A stretch of DNA of 63,039 nucleotides, the filler included, from Hausera hauseri (Eukaryota): NCBI GenBank assembly GCA_046269625.1. It is 12 parts of 12 records of this genome, joined end to end, with 100 filler letters (N's around TTAATTAATTAA, not from the genome) between each part and the next. Parts side by side here need not be neighbours in the genome. Positions count along the whole stretch, not along the records: positions 35,170 to 40,318 come from JBJURY010321716.1; positions 40,419 to 47,084 come from JBJURY010076882.1; positions 47,185 to 51,308 come from JBJURY010746987.1; 9 more parts are not named here. The stretch is one strand, 5' to 3'. Below are positions 35,866-48,348 of the stretch, piece after piece. The notes under the pieces were generated by a model. The model saw only the letters and a list, made by a program, of their open reading frames with translations. It did not search any database and was not told the DNA's origin. The translations under genes were made by a program, and so were the position numbers. Position 1 is the stretch's first letter. Every line of letters starts with the position of its first letter.

Positions 35866-36942
35866 ATGAGTATTTACATGGTGTTGCCGAGAAACAGTTG
35901 GCCGACGACGCGTCCGAACAATTCAGCCAGTGAATACGTTGTAGATGCTAACAATCCTTTGGATTTATCCGGAAAATGGGAGGTTGCACTGACGGAATTT
36001 AATTTTCCCTAAGCACCGGTGATATTGAAAGGTAATTCGAAAATAACGTACAACAAGACTGTTAATGAAACTGAAACACATTCCTGTCCTCTGACAATTA
36101 CTAACAATAAAATAACAGTTGGAGAATCGACCATTTGCACGACCAGTACAAATTAAGATTTATACGGCAAGATCGGTGTTTTTGTTATAGGGGAAAACTT
36201 ACATTTTATGGCAAATTTTGAATTTACTGTCATGTTTAAGTCCTCAGGTATGGCGCAGAAATTTAGATTCAAAAATATAAAGTACAAAGGTAAAGATATT
36301 AAAAGTGAATATGCAGTTTCTCCAAGATTAAGTCCCGTACATTACCAGACAACGGTGAAATTTACCTATACAGTCGAAAGGGTGTCAACATCATACGTAT
36401 CGATTGGAGGCTGTGTCTGTTGCGAATCTGTAGCACATCTCTGTCAACACTTTTCAAATCAAAAGTACAAGGCGATATTTAATACTTTAGAGTCAGATGC
36501 AAATTGGTACATTAAATTTGAACTGGCTACGGATATTGTTGACATTGCATTGGACAAAGCTTTGGCCATGGTATTGAGTTTTGAAAAACATCGGTTTGAT
36601 GCATCGAATACGAAGACGGCACATCTTGCAACACTTGAAACCAAACTGAAAACTGGACTAAGTCAAATGTACATTTGCGTGAACGTCACCGAACCGATTT
36701 TGGTAGGTGGAGTACGTGTACAGCTATTCCGTGAAATTTATCCTGAAATCAGCAAGTATACTGCTGGTAACAATGTCTCTGTCAAGCTCGATAATCCAAT
36801 GTACCTATCTGTGACAACTACATCTATAAACAATGTTGAAGTGAATATCCTATATAATGCAGGCTGCCTTATTGAATTTCCGTACGGTACCACAACCAGT
36901 CTAACTCTTCATTTCCGTCGAAACCGACAACAACATGATTGA
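35866..36942 (+). pseudogene. Maverick minor capsid (penton, PX)-like gene 2
   Basis: MSIYMVLPRNS...PNNSASEY...PLDLSGKWEVALTEF at the N-terminus and MYICVNVTEP..VG...LTLHFRR at the C-terminus. One frame with two internal stops. Confidence 0.85.
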
Positions 36943-37291
36943 TTCTGAAATCGTTTTCATTTACAGTAAACCCCAGCAGGGCGGGAAATTGGCGTATTTC
37001 GTTGGTAAACAGTATGGCTCTGGATGGTTGCATACATTGGCACGTTTAGCATTTCCGGTGTTAAAGCGTATCGGTGCCATGGCAGAAAAAACAGCATAGG
37101 ACGTACTATATGAAAATAAATCGATTTTACCATCACTGAAGGAACACGCCTTGACAGAAATAAAAAGCGCTGCACCGGCAGTCGTTGAATCTGTCAAAAA
37201 ACAATTCGCTGGTAGTGGCTTAAGGAAACGTGGTAGAACATAGAGCTTTTCAACTATAAACAAACGTCGACGTCGTACGATTTTCGCTTGA
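36935..37291 (+). pseudogene. Maverick small core / membrane-active protein with QxGxG-type protease sites
   Basis: QQGGK...QYGSGWLHTLARLAFPVLKRIG...FAGSGLRKRGR...KRRRRTIF, 119 codons with two internal stops, located between penton and major capsid. Confidence 0.7.
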
Positions 37292-37297
37292 CAGACA

Positions 37298-38503
37298 ATC
37301 GACATCCGCAAAATCTGAATTGTGCATACTTGACAAAGCTGCAACACAAGTTGTTATTGACAATGTTGTATTTGAAGAAATCTACCCCGTTGATTCTGTT
37401 TAAACACTATGGCATCGGACAATGAATATTTGATTTGAACGATACGTTACTGCATGTAAAAGTCATTGTTAAAAAGGATGCATCAACGGTTCTTGCTGCA
37501 ACAGATATTGTCATACCGACCAATTACTTTTTCTCGCATTGTTCCAGGAGGCTTCATTGACTCTAAACAGTGTCAAAATTGAAGGCAACACAAGTCTTTA
37601 CAGTATCAAAACACTCATTGAAACGGATCTAAATTGCAGTGCAGAAACGAAAACGACTCATTTGACGAAAACCATCGGATATAACGCCATTGCAGCAAAC
37701 CGTCAGGCATGGATGTAAGAATCAAAAGCGCTTACAATGTGTGGACCGCTGTACTCTGAATTTTTCGGTCAGCCGAAATACCTGCTGCCCGGTGTTAAAT
37801 CCATGATTCGGCTCAAACACAGCGACAATGTCTTTTGTTTGAAAACTGCAGTTGCAAATCTAAAACCCATACTGAAAATAACCGAGGCACGATTATACGT
37901 ACGTCGTGTAAAGGTAGAAACATCTGTGATTATGGGACATCGATTGGGTTTGGAAACACAAAATGCCTGTTATCCATTACAACGCACAGAACTCGTGTTC
38001 TTCAACATACCCAAAGGTTCAACTACGTTTTACAAAGATGCTCTGTTTGGCGACATGCGATTGTCGAAATTTGTGCTCGTTACATTTCAAATGACTGTTA
38101 AACAAACGGGCAGTTATACGACTATTTGGAAACGTTTACCCATAGCAATGTGAATTACATCAGTTTGGGCAAGAATGCGGATTTTGTTAAGACGTACAAA
38201 CAAGACTTTGAGTCTAATGATTATGTTTGCACATATATGCAATCCATCGTGCGCAACATGGGTTTGCTCAACAAAAACATCAACAATGGCATATCGATGG
38301 ATTTTTTCAAGTCCACCTACCCATTCTTCACATTTGTCCTGTCTCCGGACTATGACGTTGAGCAGGCTCAATTACCTCAACAGGGAAACCTGCGATTGGA
38401 GGTTCACTTTGCCAAAGCGTTGGAACAGTCTACCGTGATGTATATTTACGGTGTATTTGATGTGGAGGTGGAAATAACACAAAAACGGAACCGTCATTGT
38501 ATA
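37298..38503 (+). pseudogene. Maverick major capsid protein (PY)
   Basis: Colinear homologue of 7623-8857 (SAKSELCI...QPKYLLPGV...GNLRLEVHF) with several indels and stops. Confidence 0.88.
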
Positions 38504-38597
38504 AATAAACCTAATGCATTACTCTTGCCATACTACTACTCAATACTATGAAGTAATTGATTATTAATATTGTTATGCTTTAATCCCACGTTTTACA

Positions 38598-38963
38598 TTG
38601 AGCTCCATCGAGCTCAGTCGCTACGGCAAACTGCTCATGGGCGAGAAATTTCGCGGTGTGTTTCTACTGGACCGTGTACCGCGCGGCGTACGACAAACTG
38701 ACGGTGGTGGCCACTTCATTGTCAATACATACACGTCATCGTTACTTGGCGAACATCGGATTGTTGTGTACGTACATCCTACGAACTTCGCAGTCAAGAT
38801 ATTCGATCCGTTCGGATTTTACTATTCGTCATCGTTAGTTTCTCAAATCCAAAAACAATCGTCATATCGTGTTGAATATAACAGACTTCATCATCAACAT
38901 CCACGGACCGTATTGCGTGGACATTATTCCTTATTGTGGCTTACATTACAGACACTTGGATGA
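38598..38963 (+). pseudogene. Maverick adenain-like protease, catalytic Cys lost
   Basis: GEHRIVV...FDPFG...QHPRTVLRGHYSL. CG has become RG and HW has become HR compared with 7186-7530. Confidence 0.85.
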
Positions 38964-39429
38964 ACAATGGTAATCATTATCACGTTTTGAACACTACTAC
39001 TACTACTACTTACTGCCTTATTTACTTTGTGTTTATTTTGAGAAATACAGTATTTTGTTATACATGTGTGTTATTTTTCCCAGCACTTTTGCTAAAAAGA
39101 CGCGCACACAGAAATATTTTGTTTGGCGCAACAACTCTTTATTTTGCGCAGTTGTTTTAGCAAACAGTTTCATGCACACAGGCATGCAGACAGGCAGGTC
39201 GGTTCTTGTCAATTACCTTCTCGCGCATCTTGTTCACGGTGAGCAGAGGTAGTGATAGTACCCGGTTACGTACTCATGGTTTAAGAATGATGGCGATGGA
39301 TGTTGTTGATGATTTTGAAATTTTCCATTTCGATTATTGTACGACACGACACGACACGACAAAGACAAAATAAAACTTTAGATTTTAATAACGCCTTTTG
39401 GCATTATCTTTCATTAACTTGCAATCGTC

Positions 39430-39939
39430 TAATCGTGAGGTGCTTATAATATGAAATGTGCTTCTTGTCACGGGTTACGTAGTCATTGAATTTTCGTCGC
39501 CGTTGGACTTGAGCAATGGGAAATTTTTAGAGTTTTAATTTTCCCCATCGATTTTTCCCATATTCCCATGTTTGAACAACGTTGAAAGTGTGTCTATTCG
39601 ACTCACCGACATCGATTTGACGTATGCTAATCGTATTAGTACGCCATAAATGTGTGACGCGTTTCTGGTAATGCATTGCCTGTTTTTCTTTTTCGTCTTC
39701 TAGTTCCTCTCCATTACATTTGCGAAGTTACTCGCGTTATAAACTTTTGCTCGCCTCGTCGAGCTCTACCGATTTGAGTCCGTCCTATGTCCAAGACACG
39801 GAATAAATTTTCCCGCGAGGGGGGTATCCGAAATTTTTAGTGAAATGTTTGTTATAGTACAATAGGTGGGGAAATTATATAGAAAACTGATTTGGAAAGA
39901 ATTATTGAAAGTGGTAACGAGCTGACACTTCTATCTACT
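39430..39939. repeat. Maverick terminal inverted repeat (single unit)
   Basis: The reverse complement begins AGTAGATAGAAGTGTCAGCTC and aligns along its length with both units at 5833-6985. The inner boundary is approximate. Confidence 0.75.
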
Positions 39940-40418
39940 CACATTCATTACATTTAAAAATTGAGCTGTTTAGATGGTAACAAATTTGTTAAATTTGTTC
40001 AGATTATAACACTTGTTGCAATGCGCTTAATTAACTGTTATCGATCCTTTTACAATTGACAGATAAAATAGTTACGGTTTTCTTTAAAATACTTATATTC
40101 TAAATTTTTTTGAAAAAATTAAATTAAAAACATTTTTAAATTTTAAAATTTGACAATGAATTTAAAATTCAAAATGTAAATATTAAAAGTATGATTTGAT
40201 TTTGGAATTTCTGAAAATTTGTTTTAAAATTAGTATTTTGAGATATAATAAAAATTTTCAACAACTGGTGTTATTTTCAATGAGTAATCTCAAACGATCC
40301 AATTCTGATTCAGCAGACNNNNNNNNNNNNNNNNNNNNNNNNNNNNNNNNNNNNNNNNNNNNTTAATTAATTAANNNNNNNNNNNNNNNNNNNNNNNNNN
40401 NNNNNNNNNNNNNNNNNN

Positions 40419-43400
40419 GGTGTGGAATTCCATGGTGTGGTCCTTCATGGTATAAACATCCATAGTGTTTTCTTTCATGGTGTGGACTTCCATAGAGTGC
40501 CCTTTATTGGTGTCGACTTCAATAAAGTGGTCTATCATGGTGGGGACTTCCATACTGTGGTCTTTCATGGTATAGACTTCCATAGTGTGTTCTTTCATGG
40601 TGGAGACGTCCAGATGTAATTTTTCATGGTGTGGAATTCCATCATGTGGTCTTTCATGGTGGGAATTTCCAGATGTGGTCTTTCATGGTGTGGAATTTTA
40701 TGGTGTGGTCTTTCATGGTGGAGAGTTCCATGATGTGGTCTTTTATGGTGGGGATTTCCATCATGTGGTCTTTCATGGTATGGACGTACATAATGTGTTC
40801 TTTAATGGTGGCAATTACCAGATGTGGTCTTTCATGGTGTGGAATTCCATGGTGTGGTCCTTCATGGTATAGACATCCATAGTGTGTTCTTTCATGGTGT
40901 GGAATTCCATGGTGTGCACTTTCTTGATGTCGACTTCAATAAAGTGGTCTATCCGGCTGGGACTTCCACACTGTGGTCTTCCATGGTGGAGAGTTCCATG
41001 ATGTGGTCTTTTATCGTGGGAATTTCCATCATGTGAACTTTCATGGTATGGACTTCCATAGTGTGTTCTTTCATGGTGGGAACTTTCAGATGTGGTTTTT
41101 CATGGTGTGTAATTCCATGGTGTTGCCTTTTATGGTTTGGACTTCCGTACTGTGGTATTTCATGATGGCGAGTTCCATGATGTGGTATTTCATGTTGCGG
41201 ACTTTCATGGTGTGGTCTTTCATGGTGTGGACTTCCATAGTGTCGTCTTTTATGGTGTGGACTTCCATAGTGTGGTCTTTTATGGTTTGGATTTCCATAG
41301 TGTGGTATTTTATGGTGTGGACTTCCATAGTGTGGTCTTTTATGGTGTGGACTTCCATAGTGTGGTCTTTCTTGGTGTCGACTTCCATGATGTGGTCTTT
41401 CATGGTGTGAAATTCCATGGTGTGGTCTTTCGTGGTATGGACATCCATAGTGTGTTTTTTCATAATGTGGACTTCCATAGTGTGGTCTTTCATGGTGTGG
41501 AGTTCCATAGTGTGGTCTTTCATGGTGTGGAATTCCATGGTGTGGTCTTTCGTGGTATAGACATCCATAGTGTGTTCTTTCATGGTGTGGACTTTCATGG
41601 TGTGCACTTTCTTGGTGTCGACTTTGATAAAGTGATCGATCATGGTGGGGACTTCCATACTGTGGTCTTTCATGGTATAGACTTCCATAGTGTGTTCTTT
41701 CATGGTGGGGACTTCCAGATGTAATCTTTCATGGCTTGGAATTTTATTATGTGGTCTTTCATGGTGTGGTCTTCCATGATATTATTTTTTATGGCTGGGA
41801 CTTCCATAATGTGGTCTTTCACGGTATGGACTTCCATAGTATGTTCTTTTATGGTGGGGACTTCCGTGGTGTGGCCTTTCAAGGTGTGGACTTCCATGAT
41901 GTGGTCTTTCATGTTGTGGTCCTCCATGATATTGTCTTTCATGATGTTAACTTCCATAATGTGGTCTTTCATAGTGCTAACTTTTATGGTGTGGCCTTTC
42001 ATGGTGCGGACTTCCATCATGTGGTCTTTCATGGTGTGGAATTCCGTGGTGTGGTCTTTGATTGTATGGACATCCATAGTGTGTTTTTTCATTGTGTGGA
42101 ATTCTATAATATGGTCTTTCATTGTGTGGTCCTCCATGATATGGTTTTTTATGGCTGGGACTTCCATAATGTGGTCTTTCATGGTATGGACATCCATAGT
42201 GTAAACATCCATGGCGTGCACTTTCTTGGTGTCGACTTCAATAAAGTGGCCGATCATGGTGGGGACTTCCATACTCTGGTCTTTCATGTTATGGACTTCC
42301 ATAGTGTGTTTATTGATGGTGGCAACTTCCATTTATTGTCTTTCATGGTGTGCAATTCCATGGTGTGGTCTGTCATATCATGGAAATCCATAGTGTGTTC
42401 TTTTATTGTGTTAACTTCCATGGTGTGGACTTTCATGGTGTGGACTTCCATACTGTGGTCTTTCATAGTGTGGAATTCCATGGTGTGGTCTTTCGTTGTA
42501 TGGACATCCATAGTGTGTTCTTTCATGGTGTGGAATTCCATCACGTGGTCTTTCATTGTGTGGTCTTCCATGATATGGTTTTTTATGGCTGGGACTTCCA
42601 TAATGTGGTCTTTCATGGTATGGATTTTTATAGTGTGTTCTTTCATGGTGGAGACTTCCAGTGATTGTCTTTCATGGTGTGGAATTCCATGGTCTGGCCT
42701 TTCATCCTGTGGATTTCCGTACTTTGGTCTTTCATCATGTGGACTTCCATATTGCGGTCTTTCATTTAAGGGACTTCCATGATGTGTTCTTTCGTTGTGT
42801 GGACTTCCATTGTGTGGCCTTTCGTAGTGTGGCCTTTCATGGTGTAGACTTCCATTCTCTGGTCTTTCATGGTGTGAACTTCCATGGTGTGGCCTTTCAT
42901 GGTGTGGACTTCCATCCTCTGGTCTTTCATGTTGTGGTCCTCCATGATGTTGTCTTTCATGATGTTAACTTCCATACTCTGGTCTTTCATGGTGGAGAGT
43001 TCCATGATGTGGACTTTTATGGTGGGGATTTCCATCATGTGGTCTTTCGTGGTATGGATTTCCATAGTGTGTTCTTTTATGGTGGGAACTTTCAGATATG
43101 GTCTTTTATGGTGTGGAATTCCATGGTGCGGTCCTTCATGGTATGGACATCCATAGTGTGTTCGTTTATGGTATGGATTTTCATAGTTTGCCCTTTCTTG
43201 GTATCGACTTCAATAAAGTGGTCTATCATGGTGGGGACTTTCATACTGTGGTCTTTCATGGTAAGGACTTTCATAGTGTGTTCTTTCATGGTGGAGACTT
43301 CCAGATGTAATAATTTTTGGTGTGGAATTCCATCCTGTGGTCTTTCATTGCGTGGTCTTCTATGATATGGTTTTTTATGGCTGGAATTTCCATAATGTGG

Positions 43401-46400
43401 TCTTTTATGGTATGGACATCTATAGTGTGTTCTATCATGGTGTGGACTTCCATAGTGTGCCCTTTCTTGGTGTCGACTTCAATAAAGTGGTCTATCATGG
43501 TGGGGACTTGCATACTGTGGTCTTTCATGGTATGGACTTCCATAGTGTGGTCTTTCATGGTGTTAACTTCCATGATGTGGCCTTTCATGGTGTTGACTTT
43601 CATACTGTGGTCTTTCATGGTGGGGAATTCCGTGATGTGGTCCTTCATGGTGGGGATTTCCATCATGTGGTCTTTCATGGTATGGATTTCTATAGTGTGT
43701 TCTTTCATAGTGGGAATTTCCAGATGTGGTCTTTTATTGTGTGGAATTCCATCATGTGGTCTTTCATGGTATGGACTTCCATAGTGTGTTCTTTCATGGT
43801 GGGGACTTCCAGATATGGTCTTTCATGGTGTGGAATTCTATAGTGCGGTCTTGCATTTAGGCTACTTCCATAAAGTGTACTTTCGTTGCGTGGACTTCCA
43901 TGGTGTGGTCCTTCATGGCATGGACATCCATAGTGTGTTTTTTCATGGTGTGGACTTCCATAGTGTGCCCTTTCTTGGTGTCGACTTCAATAAAATGGTC
44001 TATCATGGTGGGGACTTCCATTCTGTGTTCTTTCATGGTATGGACTTCCATAGTGTGTTCTTTCATGGTGGGGACTTCCAGATGTAATCTTTCATGGTGT
44101 GGAGTTCCATCATGTGGTCTTTCATGATGTGAAATTCCGTAATCTGGCCTTTTATCGTGTGGATTTCCATACTTTGATCTTTCATCGTGTGGACTTCCAT
44201 ACTGCGGTCTTTCATTTAGGCGACTTGCATGATGTGTTCTTTCGTTGTGTGACCTTTTATGGTGTGGCCTTTCATGGTTTGGCCTTTCATGGTGTGGACT
44301 TCCATCCTCTGGTCTTTCATGGTGTGGTCTTCCATGGTGTGGCCTTTCATGGTGTTGACTTCCATAGTGTGGTCTTTCATTGTGTGGACTTCCATGGTGT
44401 GGCCTTTTATGGTGTTGACTTCTATGCTCTGGTGTCTCATGGTGGGGACTTCCATGATGTAGTCTTTCATGTTGTGGTCCTCCATGATGTTGTCTTTCAT
44501 GATGTTAACTTCCATAGTGTGGCCTTTCATGGTGTGTACTTCCATATTGTGGTCTTTCATGTGGGGAATTCCGTGATGTGGTCCTTCATGGTGGGGATTT
44601 CCATCATGTGGTCTTTCATGGTATGGACTTCCATAGTGTGTTCTTTCATAGTGGGAAATTCCAGATGTGGTCTTTCATTGTGTGGAATTCCATGGTGTGG
44701 TCTTTCATGGTATGGACTTCCATTGTGTGTTTTTTTATGGTGGGGACTTTCAGATGTAATCTTTCATAATGTAGAATTCCATCATCTGGTCTTTCATGAT
44801 GTGAAATTCCATAGTCTGGCCTTTCATCATGTAGATTTCCATACTTTGATCTTTCATCGTGTGGACTTTTATACTGCGGTCTTTCATTTAGGCGACTTGC
44901 ATGATGTGTTCTTTCGTTGTGTGACCTTCCATAGTGTGGTCTTTCATTGTGTGGACTTCCATGGTGTGGCCTTTTATGGTGTGGACTTGTATGCTCTGGT
45001 GTTTCATGGTGGGGACTTCCATGATGTAGTCTTTCATGTTGTGGTCCTCCATGATGTTGTCTTTCATGATGTTAAATTCCATAGTGTGGTCTTTCATGGT
45101 GTTAACTTTCATGATGTGGCCTTTCATGGAGTGGACTTCCATACTGTGGTCTTTCATGGTGGGGAGTTCCGTGATGTGGTCCTTCATGGTGGGGATTTCC
45201 ATCATGTGGTCTTTCATGGTATGGACTTCCATAGTTTGTTCTTTCATAGTGGGAACTTCCAGATGTGGTCTTTCATGGTGTGGAATTCCATGGTGTGGTC
45301 TTTCATAGTATGGACATCCATAGTGTGGACATCCATAGTGTGCACTTTCTTGGTGTCGACTTCAATAAAGTGGTCGATCATGGTAGGGACTTCCATACTG
45401 TGGTCCTTCATGTTATGGACTTTTATAGTGTGTTCTTTCATGGTGGAAACTTCCAGTTATGGGCTTTCATTGTGTTCAATTTTATGGTGTGGTCTGTCAT
45501 ATCATGGACATCCATAGTGTGTTCTTTCATGGTGTTAACTTCCATGGTGTGGCCTTTCATGGTGTGGACTTCCATGGTGTGCACTTTCTTGGTGTCGACT
45601 TCGATAAAGTGGTCGATCATGGTGGGGACTTCCATGCTGTGGTCTTTCATAGTGTGGACTTCCATAGTGTGTTCTTTCATGGTGGGGAGTTCCAGATGTA
45701 ATCTTTCATTGTGTAAAATTCCATCATGTGGTCTTTCATGGTGTGGTCTTCCATGGTGTGGCCTTTCATCGTGTGGAGTTCCATACATTGGTTTTTCACT
45801 GTGTGGACTTCCATACTTCGGTCTTTCATTTAGGGGACTTCCATAAAGTGTTCTTTCGTTGTGTGGACTTCCATGGTGTGGCCTTTCATGGTGTGGACTT
45901 CCATGATGTGGTCTTTCATGTTGTGGTCCTCCATGATGTTGTGTTTCATGATGTTAACTTCCATAATGTGGTCTTTCATTGTGCTAACTTCCATGGTGTG
46001 GCCTTTCATGGTGTGGACTTCCATACTGTGGTATTTCATAGTGTGGAATTCCATGGTGTGGTCTTTCGTTGTATGGACATCCATAGTGTGTTCTTTTATG
46101 GTGTGGAATTCCATCACGTGGTCTTTCATTGTGTGGTCTTCCATCATATGCTTTTTTATCGCTGGGACTTCCATAATGTGATCTTTCTTCCTGTGGATTT
46201 CCATGGTGTGCACTTTCTTGATGTCGACTTCAATATAGTGGTCGATCATGTGGGGACTTCCATACAGTGGTCTTTCATGTTATGAACTTCCATAGTGTGT
46301 TCTTTCATGGTAAAGACTTCCAGATATGGTCCTACATGGTGTGGAATTCCATGGTGTGGTCTTTCACTGTATGGACATTCATAGTGTCGTCTTTCATGGT

Positions 46401-47084
46401 GTTGACTTCCATGGTGTGCACTTTCTTGGCGTAGACTTGAATAAAGTGGTCTATCATCTTGGGGACTTCCATACTGTGGTCTCTCATGGTATAAACTTCC
46501 ATAGCGTGTTCTTTCATGGTAGGGACTTCCAGATATGATCTTTTGTGGTATGGAATTCCATGGTGTGATCTTTCATGATATGGACATCCATAGTTTGTTC
46601 TTTCGTGGTGTGGACTTTCATGGTGTGCACTTTCTTGGTGTCTACATCAATAAAGCGGTCTATCATGGTGGGGACTTGCATACTGTGGTCTTTCATGGTA
46701 TAGACTTCCATAGTGTGTTCTTTCATGGTGGGGACATCCATGGTGTGCACTTTCTTGGTGTCGACTTCGATAAAATGGTCTATTATGGTGGGGACTTCCA
46801 TACTGTAGTCTTTCATGGTATGGACTTCCATAGTGTGTTCTATCATGGTGGGGACTTGCAGATGTAATCTTTCATGGTGTGGAATTCCATGATGTGGTCT
46901 TTCATTGTGTGATCTTCTATAATATGGTTTTTTATGGCTGAGACTTCCATAATGTGGTCTTTCATGGTATGGACTTCCATAGTGTGTTCTTTCATGGTGG
47001 GGAATTCCAGTGATGGTCTTTCATGGTGTGGAATTCCATGGTCTGGCCTTTCATCGTGTGGATTTCCGTAGTTTGGTCTTTCAT
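40419..47084. repeat. Tandem satellite: 15-bp monomer / 30-bp dimer with higher-order blocks
   Basis: Consensus GTGGTCTTTCATGGT-GTGGACTTCCATAGT fills the whole 6.7-kb contig (roughly 440 monomers). Confidence 0.96.
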
Positions 47085-47184
47085 NNNNNNNNNNNNNNNN
47101 NNNNNNNNNNNNNNNNNNNNNNNNNNNNTTAATTAATTAANNNNNNNNNNNNNNNNNNNNNNNNNNNNNNNNNNNNNNNNNNNN

Positions 47185-48348
47185 TGGTATGCTAGATTAC
47201 TTTCATTGTGCCTAGATCGTAGTCAGTTTGTGCGAATTGATTGTTATTTTTTTTTAATAATTCAATTAGCATCCCTTTCTCTTTCTTACTTAGAATTTTG
47301 AATTTTTGTAATCTTTTGTTCCAATCGATATTTGTAGTTTTATTTCTTCTTTTGTCTTCGTTTGGTTTTCTTTTCAGTTTGTCCGTCATTATCTTTTCTA
47401 TTTTATCTACATCTGATATTACTGAGCAGATTTTTTATTTTATTATTTCTTCAGTGATGGTTACTTTTTCCAGTCTAGTACCTTTCCGTAATCGTTTTTC
47501 TTTGTTTGTTATGTTACACATTCGTAAGTTGACCTTTCCATTTCTTACTTTATCTACGTGAAGAGCGATTAGTACTTCATATTTCTCCATAACCTGTGGG
47601 ATGGTTCAAAATAGATAGCCTCTGGTAAGGCACGACTCTCGATTTTTTCAGGTACTACTATCTCGAATCGCAGTGGAATCGTAATGTCTTTTATTATTGA
47701 AACCATTCCCTCGTTACGATCTTCATTAAATGTCTTAAGTTGGCATGTTCCCATATCTATATAAGCGTTCTCCAATTGGTTTAATATATCGCATACAATT
47801 AATACTTCGTTAGTTAAATTATCTGCTATTCTTATGGTATGTTTCAACAATTGTTCGCCGATCTTAATTTTAGCATCTAAGACCATCTTGATTTCTTCTT
47901 CAATACCGAATGCACCTACATTTACCAAAGTAGTTGTCGGTCTTCGTAATTTTCTTTTTAGCTCTTTTGTCAATTGGCTCCTTCCCATTAACGTTGTTGT
48001 AGATCCAGTATCTAGCAAAGCCGTCATTAGATACCCGTTCACCTCTATTTCTATTTCTGGTCTTATAGGTGGTTGTCGTTCATTTTTATCGTTAAGAGTG
48101 CACGTAGATTCACGTTTATAGGGGGTTAAGTTTTTATCAAAATTTTGTTTCATCTGTTGAACTTGTTGTGTAGGGTATAATCTTGCATGTATTACGTATC
48201 GAGGAGCTGAAGGATTTATTAACGGTTGTTCATTATACATTTGTCCATGATATTTGTCCACGGGGTCTAGACGGGCTAAGTCCGTTATTAAATTCTGTCT
48301 ATACTTCGGTTTCCGTGTCTTTAGTACTAGTTTTTTGATACTAGGTTC
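47185..48348 (-). mobile_element. Ty3/gypsy protease and start of reverse transcriptase
   Basis: IEVNGYLMTALLDTGSTTTLM...EVLIVCDIL (retropepsin), then LIELLKKNNNQFAQTDYDLGTMKVI*H, a typical gypsy RT lead-in, cut by the contig edge. Confidence 0.88.

Larger units (their letters stand above)
35170..39939 (+). mobile_element. Maverick/Polinton end fragment (two pentons, core protein, major capsid, protease, terminal repeat)
   Basis: Maverick structural gene set, with a terminus ...CTTCTATCTACT at 39939 matching the termini at 5833 and 6407. Confidence 0.9.

Noticed and set aside
5833-39939. One giant Maverick bounded by inverted termini at 5833 and 39939 and carrying P450s as cargo
   Set aside because: The termini are on different contigs separated by linkers, and both are the protease-side end of separate copies.
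40419-47084. CRISPR array, or dozens of real overlapping genes
   Set aside because: There are no unique spacers and the context is eukaryotic. The ORFs arise because the 15-bp unit is a multiple of 3 and lacks stops.
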